DNA of 64,000 nucleotides from assembly GCA_040512325.1 (NCBI GenBank), contig JBEVFK010000097.1, positions 21,372-85,371 of the forward strand, read 5' to 3'. Of this stretch, positions 62,154 to 64,000 are shown piece by piece; the first letter of the stretch is position 1; the number at the start of each line of letters is the position of its first letter. Source of the DNA: Mycobacterium sp. (lineage in GTDB: Bacteria > Actinomycetota > Actinomycetes > Mycobacteriales > Mycobacteriaceae). The notes below the pieces were generated by a model that saw nothing but the letters and a program-made list of their open reading frames with translations, was not told the DNA's origin and did not search any database. The translations under genes and the position numbers were made by a program.

Positions 62154-63046
62154 GGCAGGTCCTCCTCACCGAGTTGTTCACGGGGCACCACCACCATGGG
62201 CACTTCGAGCACCCGTAACATCTTGGCGGCCGTGGACCCCAGGAAGAGTCGGCGTGGCGCGCCGAGCCTGCTGGATCCCACCATGATCAGGTCGCCGTCA
62301 TGCCAGTCCAGCTTGTTGACGGCGGCCTCCACGGACGGACCGTCGGTGACAGTCGACGTCACCGGAAATCCTTCGGGCAGCTCTGCTTTGGCGATGTCCA
62401 GGGTCTGGCGGGCATGGGCCCATGCCCGCTCGCGCACCGCGTCGGCATCGCCCCGCAGGGAGCCGAAGAACGGATCGAGGGCCACCAACGAGACCAACCG
62501 CAGCGGCGTTCCGGCGGCGGCGCTGGCCCGCACGGCCGTCGTCAGCAACAGGTCGGCACCGTGGCGTTGCCCGATGGCACAGGTGACTTCGCGCACCCGG
62601 TCCGCCTTCGAATGCCGGGTGCCGCGCGGCGCCAGTGCCAGCGCCACCGGCGCGGAATGCAGTAACTCGCCGGTGACCGAGCCGATCGAATACCGTCCGA
62701 TGAGGCCGTCACCGGCGGCGCCGACGACGATCGCCTCGGCCTGCAGCCGGGCCGATTCCTCGATCAGGCCCGCGGCGAAGGACTCGTTGAAGCTGACGTG
62801 CGTGGCGACCTCGATGTCGTCGGGCACGGTGGCCGCCGCGGTTTTCAGCCAGCCCTTCGCCTGTTCGGCGAGCACCTCTTCATAGCCGCCGACGGTCACC
62901 AGGCCCGGCAACGCGCGGTCTGGTGGCAGCACGATGCACAGGTCCAGTTGGGCGCCGAGGGTGCGGGCCAGCCGAACCCCCAGCGCCAGGCCGTCGTCAC
63001 CGCTGGCGGTGGCGAGGTAGCCGACGATGAGCCTCATCGGGATCAT
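62150..63046 (-). CDS. tandem-domain universal stress protein
   Basis: LIVGYLAT..IGSV; VGSSRLGAPRRLFLGSTAAKML. Confidence 0.9.
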   Translation of the reverse strand: MIPMRLIVGYLATASGDDGLALGVRLARTLGAQLDLCIVLPPDRALPGLVTVGGYEEVLAEQAKGWLKTAAATVPDDIEVATHVSFNESFAAGLIEESARLQAEAIVVGAAGDGLIGRYSIGSVTGELLHSAPVALALAPRGTRHSKADRVREVTCAIGQRHGADLLLTTAVRASAAAGTPLRLVSLVALDPFFGSLRGDADAVRERAWAHARQTLDIAKAELPEGFPVTSTVTDGPSVEAAVNKLDWHDGDLIMVGSSRLGAPRRLFLGSTAAKMLRVLEVPMVVVPREQLGEEDLP

Positions 63047-63090
63047 CCTGCCGGATGAGGCCAGTGTCGTCGGCCGATTCGACCAGCGGG

Positions 63091-63960
63091 TCAGACGGTG
63101 TAGGTGGCGGCACCGTCCTCGAGCACCAACCGGGATCCGGAGCCGTCGACCGCGGTGGCTTCGGTGGTGAAGACGGCCTGGCCCGGAGCGGTGCGCCAGA
63201 TCGAGGTCGTCAGTGTCTCCCCGGGAAACACCGGAGAAGTGAACCGGGCTGACATCCCGGTGATGCGCGAAGCGTCACCGGCGCCGAGGTCGGCCACCAG
63301 CGCCCGGCCGGCGAATCCGTAGGTGCACAGTCCGTGCATGATCGGCTTCGGGAACCCGGCGAGAGTTTGGGCGAACCACGGGTCGCTGTGGAGGGGGTTG
63401 CGGTCCCCGGAAAGCCGGTAGATCAGCGCCTGATCCTCGCGGCTGGGCATCGCTGTACGTGAATCTGCTTGCCGCGCAGGGATTTCCGGGGCCGACGGCC
63501 GTGTTCCCTGCGCGCCGCCGAAGCCCCCGGCACCACGGATGACGAACGTGGCCAGCGTTTCCACCACCACCTCGTCGGTGGTCGGGTCGGTACCCCGGGC
63601 CCGCAGCATGACGACGGCGTTCTTACCCTCCCCCTTGTCCTGGAGGTCCACCACGTCGGAGGCGACGAGCAGTTTCCCGGCCGCAGGCAGTGGTTTGGCG
63701 AGCGTGATCGATTGCGATCCGTGCAGCAGCATGCCGAAGTTGAACTCGCCGATCTTGGCGATCGCCGGGAAGCCGATGCAGGCGATGACGGCGTAGGTGG
63801 GCAGCACCTGCTGGGTGATGTCGTGGCTGTTGTCGGTGGTGAAAGCCAGATCGGCAGTGCCGCAGCCGACACCGAGGGCATAGAGCATGGTGTCGCGGTC
63901 GGTCCATTCGAAGACATACGGGTCGGCCGCCACGCCGATAGCCGCCGGGTCGATCGCCAT
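63091..63960 (-). CDS. double-hotdog MaoC-type hydroxyacyl-thioester dehydratase (Rv3389c-like)
   Basis: YALGVG, LLHGSQ, YRLSGDRNPLHSDP, PIMHGLCT. Confidence 0.9.
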   Translation of the reverse strand: MAIDPAAIGVAADPYVFEWTDRDTMLYALGVGCGTADLAFTTDNSHDITQQVLPTYAVIACIGFPAIAKIGEFNFGMLLHGSQSITLAKPLPAAGKLLVASDVVDLQDKGEGKNAVVMLRARGTDPTTDEVVVETLATFVIRGAGGFGGAQGTRPSAPEIPARQADSRTAMPSREDQALIYRLSGDRNPLHSDPWFAQTLAGFPKPIMHGLCTYGFAGRALVADLGAGDASRITGMSARFTSPVFPGETLTTSIWRTAPGQAVFTTEATAVDGSGSRLVLEDGAATYTV

Positions 63961-64000
63961 GGTGCTCCCTTCGGGTGTGTGCACCCGACAGTACGACCCG

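Overview
High-GC mycobacterial chromosome segment, most likely a rapidly growing Mycolicibacterium. From recalled synteny it is colinear with M. tuberculosis Rv3305c-Rv3389c. Core content: nucleoside salvage cluster (punA, pmmB-like mutase, upp, add, deoA, cdd), satS, sdhCDAB, an ECF41/SigJ-CMD pair, a probable polyamine catabolic locus, dacB1, trpS, exonuclease III, a SAM-IV riboswitch with metC/metY-metX-methyltransferase, folD, an FHA-FHA-ABC transporter, the mfp conservon with mfpA, trmL, dnaE2 with an SOS box, eis, and a second USP-APC pair. No rRNA, tRNA, CRISPR array or transposase was seen. The most notable unexplained structure is a dispersed set of ~60-66 bp imperfect-palindrome (REP-like) elements, including a doublet and a triplet. 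One copy sits just upstream of a DUF559/Vsr-like nuclease gene, and an inverted twin closes a ~4.1 kb accessory block, which suggests a possible nuclease/REP system (hypothesis only). Also seen: a doubly coupled MIRU-like mini-ORF, a coupled uORF before the conservon kinase, a hairpin covering the sdhC RBS, and several candidate operators (ABATE/CGNR, MarR, TetR, Lrp). Gene names come from recognising motifs and synteny; no searches were run.
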